Virus record (IMG/VR): IMGVR_UViG_3300045988_104231
Origin: a virus
Reading direction: 5' to 3' (one strand)
DNA length: 57,710 bases
Below, piece by piece: positions 45,768-54,549 of this stretch (position 1 is the stretch's first letter; each line of letters begins with the position of its first letter). The notes below the pieces were generated by a model. The model saw nothing but the letters and a program-made list of their open reading frames with translations. It had not been told where the DNA came from and searched no databases. The translations under genes were made by a program, and so were the position numbers.

Positions 45768-48700
45768 GATCACTGATATAGTAGGGAAAGAGGCGTTTGA
45801 TCAACTGGAGCGTCTGGATAGGAAATTAGCGGATACGCAGAATGTCTATATCGGGTTGGTAAAAGAGATAGGGAAAGGGTTGACGATAAATCCCTCAAGC
45901 TTGTCAGAGTTGAACGCCAAGATCGAGGAGTACAAGAAAAATGTATCAGCGCTTAAAAGCACGATTGACACTCTCAATAAGACCAATGACCAGTACAAGA
46001 GAAAGATTGATGAACTGATAGAGGTTAACAAGAGATATGCGGAAGCGGCTGGGAGAGTTCAGAATAGTTTAGATCAATCATCCTCTTCCATAGCCAAGGA
46101 ATCAAACGCTATCTCGGAGAACATGAAAGCCAAGCAGCAAGAGGTTGTCATAAGTCAGGAATTGAAGGGACTCATTGACCATACATTGGGATCTAGGGAG
46201 GAGAATATACGCAGGGTCGCTCAAGAAAGGACGATATTGGCCCAACTATCCAAGGAGAAAAGCCAATTGAATAAAATGGAGAAAAGCGGGGCTATCTCAA
46301 CTAAAGATGCCGTGCAAAAGAGGCAGGATCTGGTAAGGTCTGAATTGCTTCATCGAGAATCCTTGAGAGAGCTGTTGAACATTCTTACGAATGAGACAAA
46401 AATGATCAACTCGGCCAACGATAGTTATCAAGAGCAATCGTTGCAATTGGAGAGGCTGAGAAAGGCGTATCGGATGCTTTCCACGGAAGCCGCTAACAGC
46501 AAGTTAGGGGTAGAGTTACAAAAGAATATAGCGGCTTTGGACACTCAGGTAAAATCTGTTGATAAAAGTCTGGGACAGCATCAGAGAAACGTGGGTAATT
46601 ATGTCTCCACTTGGGATGGAATGGGAAACGCAATCAATCAATTAACCCGTGAGTTTCCAGCATTCTCGGTATCGCTCCAGACCGGATTCCTCGCTATCTC
46701 TAACAATATCCCTATATTGGTCGACCAAATATCTCGGATAAGGAAGGAGAACGCCGCCTTACGTGAGGAGGGACTGAAAGGTGTTCCCGTATGGAAGCAA
46801 ATAGCTAAGTCCGCTTTGTCTTGGAATACCTTGTTGTCGGTTGGTATAACTCTACTTACCGTATATGGTAAGGATATCTTTGAGTGGGGTAAAAACTTAT
46901 TGTCATCCTCTAGCTCGGCTAAGGCCGCTTCGGAAGCCCAGAGAGACTTGAATTCATCCACCGGGGATTATGCCAAGGCTTTAAAGAACTCGACATCATC
47001 ATATGGGGAGAATCTTGTAACATTACGCAACTTACAAGCGGAATGGAATAATTTAGGAGATAATCTCAATAAGCAGAAGCAATTTATCATTGATAACGCC
47101 TCTGAGTTTAAGAAATTAGATGTGTCAGTTACGGATGTTAATGACGCTGAGAATCTGCTAGTAGATAATACGGATGCTTTTGTTAAAGCAATGGCTTTGA
47201 GAGCGCAAGCAACGGCTGCGCAAAAATTAGCTCAAGAAAAATATGCTGAGGCTTTACAAAAAAGGATTGAAGCCGAAAATCTACAAAAAAAAGCAGATGA
47301 GGCAAGAGAAAAAGGGCAATATGCGGCTACGGCTGTTATGCAAGATACTAGATTTGGCGTAAAATCAGTGAAAGAACTTGCTGAGGAGAATGCGAAGGCT
47401 ATAGAAGTGGATGTTAAATCTTTGAATGATCAAGCTGATGCTCTTGATGAGGCAGGATTCGCTTATTTCAATTATAACAAAAAGCAGATGGAAGCCGCAA
47501 GGAGTGAATTAGAGAGCGCAGGTATAAGAGAATCCTCTAACGAGGAGAAACTTAAACGACAGCAGGAGCAAATAGAACGAGAGGCCAAGCGTAGGGAGAA
47601 ATTAGAGATGGAGGCCGAACGGAATATTCAGGAGGATCGTCTTAATGTGATGGATGAGGGGTATAAGAAAGACCGTCTTCTCTTGGAACAATCTTTCCAG
47701 AAACGGATAGATGACGTAAAGACGAAAGGCGTAAGGGTTAATGAGCAAATCGAGGCTATTGAGGCTGAGAGAAGCAAGAGGTTGGCGGAATTCGACCGTA
47801 AGATCTCGGAGCAAAGGGCTAATGAGGAGGCTCAAAATCGTCTTGCGATTGCAGAAAAGGGAAGTTTGCAAGAGCTTGACGCTCGCTTGGATATATTGCA
47901 ACTACAAAAGGATAAAGAATTAAGAGAGGCGGACAAAACAGGCCAAGACAGGGCGTTGATAGAGGAAAAGTATCTAAAACTAATAGAGAATCTATATAAT
48001 GATTACGGAAAACGTCTTATGTCTACGGAGCAATCTCAGAACGAGATACTCCTTTCTCAAAGACAGATAGAGATAAACGAAGAGCTTAATGCCTTGACTA
48101 AACAATATGAGCAAGGTATTATCAAGAAAAAAGAGTATGAGAAACAGAAATCGGATCTGGAGCATCAGTATGCTATGGAGTCTTTACAAAGTCAATTAAG
48201 TATACTTGAATCAAATCTGTATTTGTTTGAAGGCGATGAGAGGCTAGAGAAAGAGAAGGAGATCGCTCGCCTCCGTGTTCAGTTATCGAAAGAGACCAGC
48301 GATAAAATCATAGAGGATGCCAAACGAGAGGAAGAGGAGCGAAAAAAAGTAGAACAGGCTAAAAAGCGCTTGATACAAGAATCGATCTCTGCTATCATAT
48401 CAATCGGTAATTCATTATTCCAGCGTCAAATAGATAATGTAGATGCGGAAATAGAGGCCAACCAAGAGGAGTATGACGCTAAGGTTGAGACTATAGACGC
48501 TCTTGCCGAGAAAGATATAATAACGACAGAGGAGGCCGAGGCCCGCAAGCGTGCGGCGGAGGAAGAGACCAGCCGCAAGAACAAGGAACTGGAGAAGAAA
48601 AAAGCTGAGTTGCAGACTAGACAGGCTAAGTTCCAGAAGTCTATAGATATAGCTCAGACTATTGCGGCCACAGCGCAAGCGATAATGGTAGCTTACAAAG

Positions 48701-49170
48701 ATGCGGGACCTATCGCTGGAGCTATCTTTGCGGCGATGATAGCGGCTACCGGAGCCGTGCAACTAGCCACGATCATAGCCCAGCCCATCCCCAAATACGC
48801 CCATGGTACCGACAATCACCCCGGCGGTCTGGCTATCGTTGGCGATGGAGGCCGTAGCGAGGCGGTACTGGTAGGCGATAAGGCGTACATTACCCCGGAT
48901 AAGCCCACCCTGCTGTCATTGCCTGCGGGAGCCGAGGTCGTTCCGGATCTCAATGATCCGGCCTTCCTTAGCCGCTTCGTGGATAACACGTATTGGCTTA
49001 CCCATAACAAGAAAGGCGAGCCGGTTCAGATCGTCAATAATTTCGATGCTGAAGGGATAATAAGGGCTAATAATGAGATAAAAAAAGAGATAGGCAAGCT
49101 ATCTAAAACCATATCCAAGGGTAGCAAGAACATCGATTTCGAGAATTACAAGAGATCGAGGATGAATTGA
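45748..49170 (+). CDS. Tail tape-measure protein
   Basis: 1,140 aa, overwhelmingly coiled-coil, with internal hydrophobic segments (FLAISNNIPILV, LLSVGITLLTV, AGAIFAAMIAATGAVQLATIIA). Confidence 0.85.
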   Translation: MAGNETKITDIVGKEAFDQLERLDRKLADTQNVYIGLVKEIGKGLTINPSSLSELNAKIEEYKKNVSALKSTIDTLNKTNDQYKRKIDELIEVNKRYAEAAGRVQNSLDQSSSSIAKESNAISENMKAKQQEVVISQELKGLIDHTLGSREENIRRVAQERTILAQLSKEKSQLNKMEKSGAISTKDAVQKRQDLVRSELLHRESLRELLNILTNETKMINSANDSYQEQSLQLERLRKAYRMLSTEAANSKLGVELQKNIAALDTQVKSVDKSLGQHQRNVGNYVSTWDGMGNAINQLTREFPAFSVSLQTGFLAISNNIPILVDQISRIRKENAALREEGLKGVPVWKQIAKSALSWNTLLSVGITLLTVYGKDIFEWGKNLLSSSSSAKAASEAQRDLNSSTGDYAKALKNSTSSYGENLVTLRNLQAEWNNLGDNLNKQKQFIIDNASEFKKLDVSVTDVNDAENLLVDNTDAFVKAMALRAQATAAQKLAQEKYAEALQKRIEAENLQKKADEAREKGQYAATAVMQDTRFGVKSVKELAEENAKAIEVDVKSLNDQADALDEAGFAYFNYNKKQMEAARSELESAGIRESSNEEKLKRQQEQIEREAKRREKLEMEAERNIQEDRLNVMDEGYKKDRLLLEQSFQKRIDDVKTKGVRVNEQIEAIEAERSKRLAEFDRKISEQRANEEAQNRLAIAEKGSLQELDARLDILQLQKDKELREADKTGQDRALIEEKYLKLIENLYNDYGKRLMSTEQSQNEILLSQRQIEINEELNALTKQYEQGIIKKKEYEKQKSDLEHQYAMESLQSQLSILESNLYLFEGDERLEKEKEIARLRVQLSKETSDKIIEDAKREEEERKKVEQAKKRLIQESISAIISIGNSLFQRQIDNVDAEIEANQEEYDAKVETIDALAEKDIITTEEAEARKRAAEEETSRKNKELEKKKAELQTRQAKFQKSIDIAQTIAATAQAIMVAYKDAGPIAGAIFAAMIAATGAVQLATIIAQPIPKYAHGTDNHPGGLAIVGDGGRSEAVLVGDKAYITPDKPTLLSLPAGAEVVPDLNDPAFLSRFVDNTYWLTHNKKGEPVQIVNNFDAEGIIRANNEIKKEIGKLSKTISKGSKNIDFENYKRSRMN

Positions 49171-49178
49171 GCGTAAAA

Positions 49179-49285
49179 CTTGCTTTTCTTATTCTTTCTA
49201 GTTATATTTGCTGGACATATAAGAAGACAGTAGAGCCTAAGAGCCATACCCAATAGAGTCACGTCTATGGGGTATGGCTCTTTTT
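49179..49285 (+). promoter_or_regulatory. Promoter + leader terminator-hairpin cassette 3 (opens the accessory island)
   Basis: CTTG 49179-49182, 20 nt, TATATTTG 49203-49210. Hairpin arms 49239-49251 / 49270-49282 have the same sequence as cassettes 1 and 2 but a different loop. Followed by T5. Confidence 0.65.
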
Positions 49286-49492
49286 GTTTTTACTGGTCAG
49301 CCTACCACGACAGGCTAGGAAGATTTTGGGCGACAGCGGTCGCTAACAGCCTCCTTGATACGATGTGTTGTGGCTCGTGTCGGGGAGGCTTTTTCATTAA
49401 GAGGTGCCAAAGTAATCAAAATAACAAAGTCGTTTTGATCTTGTGGCTAAAATTGCGGGAGAAAATATTTTGAACAATTAAAATTTTAAGAT

Positions 49493-49816
49493 ATGGAAGC
49501 AATTAAAATTTTTGAGAACGATCGTTTCGGTGAAGTGAGAGTAGCCGGGACTAATGAGAACCCTTTGTTCTGCTTGGTAGATATATGCAAGGCGGTCGAT
49601 ATAGCGAATAGCAGAAACGTGAAGAACAGGTTAGATGAAGATGACGTCCATCTGGTGGACATCATAGATAGTTTAGGTAGAACCCAACAAGCGGTATTTG
49701 TATCAGAAGCCGGGATGTATGATGCGGTATTAAAAAGCGATAGCCCAAAAGCTAGACCCTTCTCTCGTTGGATAACACACGAGGTTCTCCCTTCCATCCG
49801 TAAACATGGGGCGTAA
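49493..49816 (+). CDS. Stand-alone Bro-N domain protein (duplicate of the N-terminus of the 16886-17683 gene)
   Basis: 107 aa. Residues 9-101 are identical to the Bro/KilAC protein. Confidence 0.8.
   Translation: MEAIKIFENDRFGEVRVAGTNENPLFCLVDICKAVDIANSRNVKNRLDEDDVHLVDIIDSLGRTQQAVFVSEAGMYDAVLKSDSPKARPFSRWITHEVLPSIRKHGA
49515..49794. repeat. Right copy of the 280-bp perfect inverted repeat
   Basis: Reverse complement of 17382-17661. Confidence 0.9.
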
Positions 49817-49860
49817 ATCAAGCAATATAGAATATTTTTAATAGCTAAAAACTTAATAAT

Positions 49861-50601
49861 ATGGATAGTTTAGTATTTAAAGGCAATAATGGGCAAGTTG
49901 TTACTAATAGCTTGCTAGTAGCGGAGAAGTTTGGGAAAAGACATGCGGATGTAATTCGCTCAATCGAAAATTTACTAAAATCCTCTGATGAAGAACTGAA
50001 CGCAAAAATGCGTTTAGCTTTTGTATCAAACACTTATGAGGATTCTACCGGGAAAAGTAATCCTGTATACATTATGAATAGAAAAGGATTCTCTATCCTT
50101 GTTATGGGGTATAACGGGATTAAGGCTCTAAGGTTTAAGAATGATTTTTATGACGCTTTCGAAGAAATGGAGAAAGCGTTGAAAGAGCAAAGCAAACCTC
50201 TTTCATCCGCACAGATGTTTGCCATGCAAGCTAACATCAACTTGGAATATGAGAACAGGATATCCAATGTGGAAAAACGAATAGAAGCGATAGAACAAGA
50301 ACGAGAAGAAAATGGAAAACTCCTTTTGGCTATTCCTGTTTCAACGGAAAAGATACCGGAAATGAGTTTAAGAGATAAGATCAGACAGATGGTTAATAGA
50401 TACTCTTCCGCCCATAATGTGAAACAACAGGATGTTTGGCGCAAGATATACGATCAATTGTACTATCTATATCATATATCTATTCGTAGCTATAAGAAGA
50501 AAAACGGAGAGTCTAATTTGGATATCGCTGAGAAGCATCGTTTTATTGAGTATATCTACAATATTATCTCCAATATGATCAGAGAGAAAGGGGTTGCTTG
50601 A
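49861..50601 (+). CDS. Rha-family phage regulatory protein
   Basis: VVTNSLLVAEKFGKRHADVIRSIENLL...YIMNRKGFSILVMGYNG. Confidence 0.8.
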   Translation: MDSLVFKGNNGQVVTNSLLVAEKFGKRHADVIRSIENLLKSSDEELNAKMRLAFVSNTYEDSTGKSNPVYIMNRKGFSILVMGYNGIKALRFKNDFYDAFEEMEKALKEQSKPLSSAQMFAMQANINLEYENRISNVEKRIEAIEQEREENGKLLLAIPVSTEKIPEMSLRDKIRQMVNRYSSAHNVKQQDVWRKIYDQLYYLYHISIRSYKKKNGESNLDIAEKHRFIEYIYNIISNMIREKGVA

Positions 50602-50679
50602 TTATTATGGTTGCTCAAACAAAATATAGACATGATTTGGTTTAGTTTTCATAATCCTCCCTCATGTCGTGAGACAGCA

Positions 50680-50726
50680 AGGGGGATAAAAAATCCCCTC
50701 CAGAGCCTTTTGGATGGAGGGGATTT
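50680..50726 (-). terminator. Terminator for the LRR gene, located between convergent genes
   Basis: 12-bp stem AAATCCCCTCCA / TGGAGGGGATTT. On the minus strand it is followed by TTTT. Confidence 0.6.
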
Positions 50727-50735
50727 GAATTGGGT

Positions 50736-51323
50736 TTATAGCGAGATCTTGAATCTCTCTTTTCCGCATTCAATGATGTATTTGCCTTTTGGAAGGTTTA
50801 TACGGGTATCTTGACCATTGGATTTACCTTGATATCTCATGATTCCTTTGAAATCGTATACTCTAATATCAGTATTTTTGTCTATGTTTTTTAATATTAA
50901 ATATTTACCTATTCTTGAAATGGAAATTTCATGATAATCCTCATTAATAGATTGAATAGATACAGGAGAAGATGATAGGTGTTTTATATTATAATCTTTC
51001 CATAGATCGTGTTGAGCATATTCTTGAAAAAGTTCATCAGGAACATAAACATTTAATTCTTCATTCCAAATGTTTATCGAATTAGGATATATGAATACAG
51101 GATTCGATGATTTCAAGTACAAATTATCTATTTGCGTATCTATTGCTTCTTGTTCTATCTCCTCTAAAGTAGAAGGTAATATTATATTTCTAGTATGTTT
51201 TAAGTTGAAAAAAGCATGTTTTCTTATTGTCTTAATGTCTTCTGGTACTTGGCAAATTTTTTGGTTGGAAGCATTTGCGTATATAATGACATTTTTTTTC
51301 TTCATTTGATATAAGACATCCAT
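50736..51323 (-). CDS. C-terminal part of BspA-like LRR protein, ending in a T9SS C-terminal sorting domain
   Basis: LRR_5-like IPEDIKTIRKHAFFNLKHTRNIILPSTLEEIEQEAI. The tail DIRVYDFKGIMRYQGKSNGQDTRINLPKGKYIIECGKERFKISL fits the Por secretion tail pattern. Confidence 0.6.
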   Translation of the reverse strand: MDVLYQMKKKNVIIYANASNQKICQVPEDIKTIRKHAFFNLKHTRNIILPSTLEEIEQEAIDTQIDNLYLKSSNPVFIYPNSINIWNEELNVYVPDELFQEYAQHDLWKDYNIKHLSSSPVSIQSINEDYHEISISRIGKYLILKNIDKNTDIRVYDFKGIMRYQGKSNGQDTRINLPKGKYIIECGKERFKISL

Positions 51324-52149
51324 TTATAGATTCCAAAAATGGATTTTCTTTGGAAACGGTTATTTCTTTAAGGTCATATCCGCACGACAATCCTCCTTCT
51401 CCGATGTATCTTAATTTTTTTCCGATGTCTATTCTTTCAATTTTACTTAATCCAAATATCCAATTACCAAGCTCTTCCGTACTATCAGGTATACTAATAT
51501 ATTTTAAAGGACAATCCCAAAACGCATTATCGCCTATATAAGTTACTTTGCTGGGGATTTCTATTTTCGTGAGATTTTTACAACCGGAAAAAGCTTGCAT
51601 AGGTATATCTTGTATATTATCAGATAATCTAATATTTGTCAATGATTCAAGACTGTAAAAAACATGTTTGTCAATAAATTGAACGCTATCATACATGTAT
51701 ACACTTTGAAGTTTATCGCAATGCGATAATGCCCATTCAGAAATACCAACAAGGCTCTTTGGTAGTATAATCTTCTTTAATTTATCACATTCGCTAAATG
51801 CGTTATTTCCAAGTACGTCATTCTCCTCTATGCAGCAAAGATGATTTTCATTAATATAGTATCCATCTCCTCCCTTTCTTATATGAGCATCACTCATGTC
51901 TAATATGGCTAATTTCCCTTCTCTATTATCTATTCCGAATTGGCTTTTCCCCAACATATATCTGAGTGTGGCTATATCATCTGAGTTAATATATCCATTT
52001 AAAGTTAGATTAGTGATTTTAGAAATACTATCTCCTAATATTTTCGACAATGAACCGGCCTTATCTACTTCGATGAATGTTGAATCTTGATTATTCCCAA
52101 ATACATAGTTGGATAAAGAAATAAATAAAAAAAGTAATATTTTCCTCAT
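51232..52149 (-). CDS. N-terminal part of BspA-like leucine-rich-repeat protein with signal peptide
   Basis: MRKILLFLFISLSNYVFG signal peptide. Repeated ..I.IP.SV..I...AF..C..L.. units. The frame is lost at an A8 tract (plus-strand T8 at 51292-51299). Confidence 0.7.
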   Translation of the reverse strand: MRKILLFLFISLSNYVFGNNQDSTFIEVDKAGSLSKILGDSISKITNLTLNGYINSDDIATLRYMLGKSQFGIDNREGKLAILDMSDAHIRKGGDGYYINENHLCCIEENDVLGNNAFSECDKLKKIILPKSLVGISEWALSHCDKLQSVYMYDSVQFIDKHVFYSLESLTNIRLSDNIQDIPMQAFSGCKNLTKIEIPSKVTYIGDNAFWDCPLKYISIPDSTEELGNWIFGLSKIERIDIGKKLRYIGEGGLSCGYDLKEITVSKENPFLESINGCLISNEEKKCHYIRKCFQPKNLPSTRRH

Positions 52150-52178
52150 GACTTGATTTAGTTTAATTAATGATGAGA

Positions 52179-52210
52179 CAAAGGTAGATAATAGTGTTAA
52201 CAAAAGCAAA
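52179..52210 (-). promoter_or_regulatory. Bacteroidota-type promoter of the LRR gene
   Basis: Minus strand TTTG (52210-52207), 20 nt, TACCTTTG (52186-52179). Confidence 0.65.
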
Positions 52211-52273
52211 TAGTATAGAAGGGAATTACATGTTCGATAACATATTTCTTAATTTAAGTAGTACAAACCTTGT

Positions 52274-52552
52274 CTACCTCTTTTTTCCGAACAACTCGGA
52301 ATGACTACCAATTCTAAGCAAGTCGATTATTTCTCCGTCAATCCAAATAAGAAGAAAATCCCCTTCTATATGGCACTCCATACAACCTTTATACTCACCT
52401 TTCAACATGTGAGGTTTGTATTCTTGTGGAATCGGATGGTCATTTATAAGCAGATTTGCGATATATTCAAAAGCTGCGATTTTTTTGGGGAATTTCTGAA
52501 TACGTTTGAAATCTTTCTTAAACTGGCTTGTTGGGTGTAATTTCTTTTTCAC
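52274..52552 (-). CDS. yafQ: YafQ/RelE-family toxin
   Basis: FKKDFKRI...HMLKGEYKGCMECHIEGDFLLIW..DGEIIDLLRIGSHSELF. Confidence 0.85.
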   Translation of the reverse strand: MKKKLHPTSQFKKDFKRIQKFPKKIAAFEYIANLLINDHPIPQEYKPHMLKGEYKGCMECHIEGDFLLIWIDGEIIDLLRIGSHSELFGKKR

Positions 52553-52791
52553 TTCATTAATTCCTCCATCAAACTATCCACGCTGTCGAACGTTTCTTTA
52601 TTCTTGGTCGTGCGTGCTTCCCTTATAGCCGCTATCGTTTCCTCGTTTGGCTCGGAGTATACAGCGTCCATCAAGGTGCTCTCTACAAAATTATTCAAAC
52701 TCCTGTTCGCTTTCTTGGCTTGTTCCTGCAAGACTTGCAACAAGTCCTCACGTAAACGGAACGATGTTTGCTTTCTTATTACTGCTTCCAT
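52549..52791 (-). CDS. Ribbon-helix-helix antitoxin (DinJ/RelB-like partner)
   Basis: TSFRLREDLLQVLQEQAKKANRSLNNFVESTL RHH motif. 4-nt overlap with the toxin gene. Confidence 0.75.
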   Translation of the reverse strand: MEAVIRKQTSFRLREDLLQVLQEQAKKANRSLNNFVESTLMDAVYSEPNEETIAAIREARTTKNKETFDSVDSLMEELMK

Positions 52792-52816
52792 ATTACTTAT
52801 GTATTATATTGTATCG

Positions 52817-52847
52817 CAAAGGTAATGTATTGTATGCATAAAACAAA
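52817..52847 (-). promoter_or_regulatory. Bacteroidota-type promoter of the antitoxin-toxin operon
   Basis: Minus strand TTTG (52847-52844), 19 nt, TACCTTTG (52824-52817). Confidence 0.65.
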
Positions 52848-52883
52848 CTTTCATGATTTTTATTTAGAGGATTGCAGGTTATA

Positions 52884-53162
52884 TCATTCCATCTTAATCT
52901 TAACATCCACTTCAACAGGTATTGGTTTTTGACAATGGGGGCAAATGATCGTTTTGCTACTATTGATTTCATCAGAAAAGAAATCCCCGACTTTACACCC
53001 TATCACATTTGCTATCTTTTGAAGTGTTTCCACCGTTGGGTTTTTATTAATTGATTGAGATAAAGCACCTCGTGTTATAGGCTTACCGTTTTTGCTTTCC
53101 CATTCCGCAGCTATACGTTCGATAGTATAACCTTGAGCCTTAATAATTGATTTTATGTCCAT
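52884..53162 (-). CDS. XRE-family HTH repressor-like protein with C-terminal CxxC element
   Basis: ITRGALSQSINKNPTVETLQKIANVIGCKVGDFF HTH, then ICPHCQKPI. Confidence 0.7.
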   Translation of the reverse strand: MDIKSIIKAQGYTIERIAAEWESKNGKPITRGALSQSINKNPTVETLQKIANVIGCKVGDFFSDEINSSKTIICPHCQKPIPVEVDVKIKME

Positions 53163-53287
53163 CAGATGAATGTTTAGTTATTACTAACGGCAAAGATAAA
53201 TATAAAAATGATATATGATTAGGAATAACTATTCGAAATATAGTTTTTGATATATTTTAATTAAACATTGGACTTGTGTTAAAGATT

Positions 53288-53338
53288 AGTTAAACCTAAC
53301 GATCTACTTGTGTTTCGTTAGGTTTAACTATACATTTG
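53288..53338. promoter_or_regulatory. 14-bp perfect inverted repeat (candidate operator) abutting a rightward -7 box
   Basis: AGTTAAACCTAACG (53288-53301) / CGTTAGGTTTAACT (53316-53329), followed by TACATTTG at 53331-53338. A minus-strand TATCTTTG box at 53196-53189 lies ahead of the XRE gene. Confidence 0.55.
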
Positions 53339-53364
53339 CATCATCAAAATAAAACAACAGTACA

Positions 53365-53628
53365 ATGGCAACACAGAAATACAACAAGAGCGAGATCATG
53401 AAAGACGCATGGAGATTATTCAGACTTTACCGAAAATTCTCTTGGTCTTTTGGCAAGTGCCTTTCTATAGCATGGGATAATGCCAAGATAGAGATAAAAA
53501 ATAATGAGGCCAAGGCCAAGAGATTGGCAGAGGAAGAAGCTAGACGCATCGAGTATCGCAAGCATGTTGTCTTATCTCATGTCGGTATGGCTAGCCTTTA
53601 CGGTAACAGGGTTTATTCGGGTGATTGA
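53365..53628 (+). CDS. Hypothetical protein (Cro-position gene of the divergent pair)
   Basis: 87-aa ORF. Confidence 0.45.
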   Translation: MATQKYNKSEIMKDAWRLFRLYRKFSWSFGKCLSIAWDNAKIEIKNNEAKAKRLAEEEARRIEYRKHVVLSHVGMASLYGNRVYSGD

Positions 53629-53654
53629 TAACTATACATTAATAATATAAGGAT

Positions 53655-53915
53655 ATGGAAACGATAGAAGTATTGAAGAATGTGCAAAGGATTGCGTTGG
53701 AGTGTATGATCGGAAGGAAACCGGTACATATAAACGTAGGCGTAATGCCGGAGACGGGCGGTTTATGCGTCACCGTACAGGACAGATTTCACGAGGTGGT
53801 CTACATGGAGATATTCAATGACTGGATGCCGGATCACAAGGAATGGAATAAAAAGACCTACGATAGATTCATGAGCGTAATTAGCGACATGACTTGCGTA
53901 AGGCTTGCGGGATAA
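53655..53915 (+). CDS. Hypothetical protein
   Basis: 86-aa ORF. Confidence 0.45.
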   Translation: METIEVLKNVQRIALECMIGRKPVHINVGVMPETGGLCVTVQDRFHEVVYMEIFNDWMPDHKEWNKKTYDRFMSVISDMTCVRLAG

Positions 53916-54226
53916 CTCGAACGACGGGGAGAGGATCGGAAGTAGATGCCCCTCCGGTAATACGGCCGGAGGGTTTGGTGGAGTTATTTCAATGATAATT
54001 AAATGATTGCATGAAATAATAAGAAATAGGATGATTTTAGTATCTGATGGTATTATTGTTTATCTATCTGAAATACATTGATATAGAGTGTTAATAAAAT
54101 ACATTATTTAGAATGGTTCTAAATTAATGCGATTTTAGGTACCGTTATCTGTCCTTATCTATCCGTTTTGTTTTGTGCTTAAAATAAGGATGTTGTTTGA
54201 TTATTTTTTAATTATAAACTTTGCGC

Positions 54227-54421
54227 ATGGGAATACCAGAATTAAGCGGGAATAAGTTCTCCGCTATAGAGCAAAAGGAAGTCTTGGTCAAGTTGATGGA
54301 CTTTGACGGGGACAAGGAATTATGGATTCACTCGGAACTTGGTGGCAACACCATGACATTCGGGATGGAGGAAGCAAGGCGGTTAAGGGATTTCTTCAAC
54401 AGTCTCGATCTAAGGGACTAG
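54227..54421 (+). CDS. Hypothetical protein
   Basis: ATG at 54227 preferred to the TTG at 54221. Confidence 0.4.
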   Translation: MGIPELSGNKFSAIEQKEVLVKLMDFDGDKELWIHSELGGNTMTFGMEEARRLRDFFNSLDLRD

Positions 54422-54435
54422 AAGGATGGCCTTGT

Positions 54436-54460
54436 CGGGGTTCGATTCCCCGGCCACTAC
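54436..54460 (+). other. tRNA 3'-half-like fragment (T-arm plus 3' acceptor strand)
   Basis: CGGGG TTCGATT CCCCG GCCACTA C. No matching 5' acceptor strand is found upstream. Confidence 0.4.
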
Positions 54461-54549
54461 AATCAGTCAAAGTAAATCCCCGAAAGCGGAAGTGACTGAG
54501 CCGCTAACGGGGATATAATTAGTAATTCAAACAAAATTAAAACAAAGGT

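Noticed and set aside
49267-49473. 68-aa plus-strand ORF after the tape measure
   Set aside because: Its ATG lies inside the 3' arm of the cassette-3 hairpin. The region is full of further stem-loops (for example 49338-49395), so it is more likely a structured leader than coding sequence.
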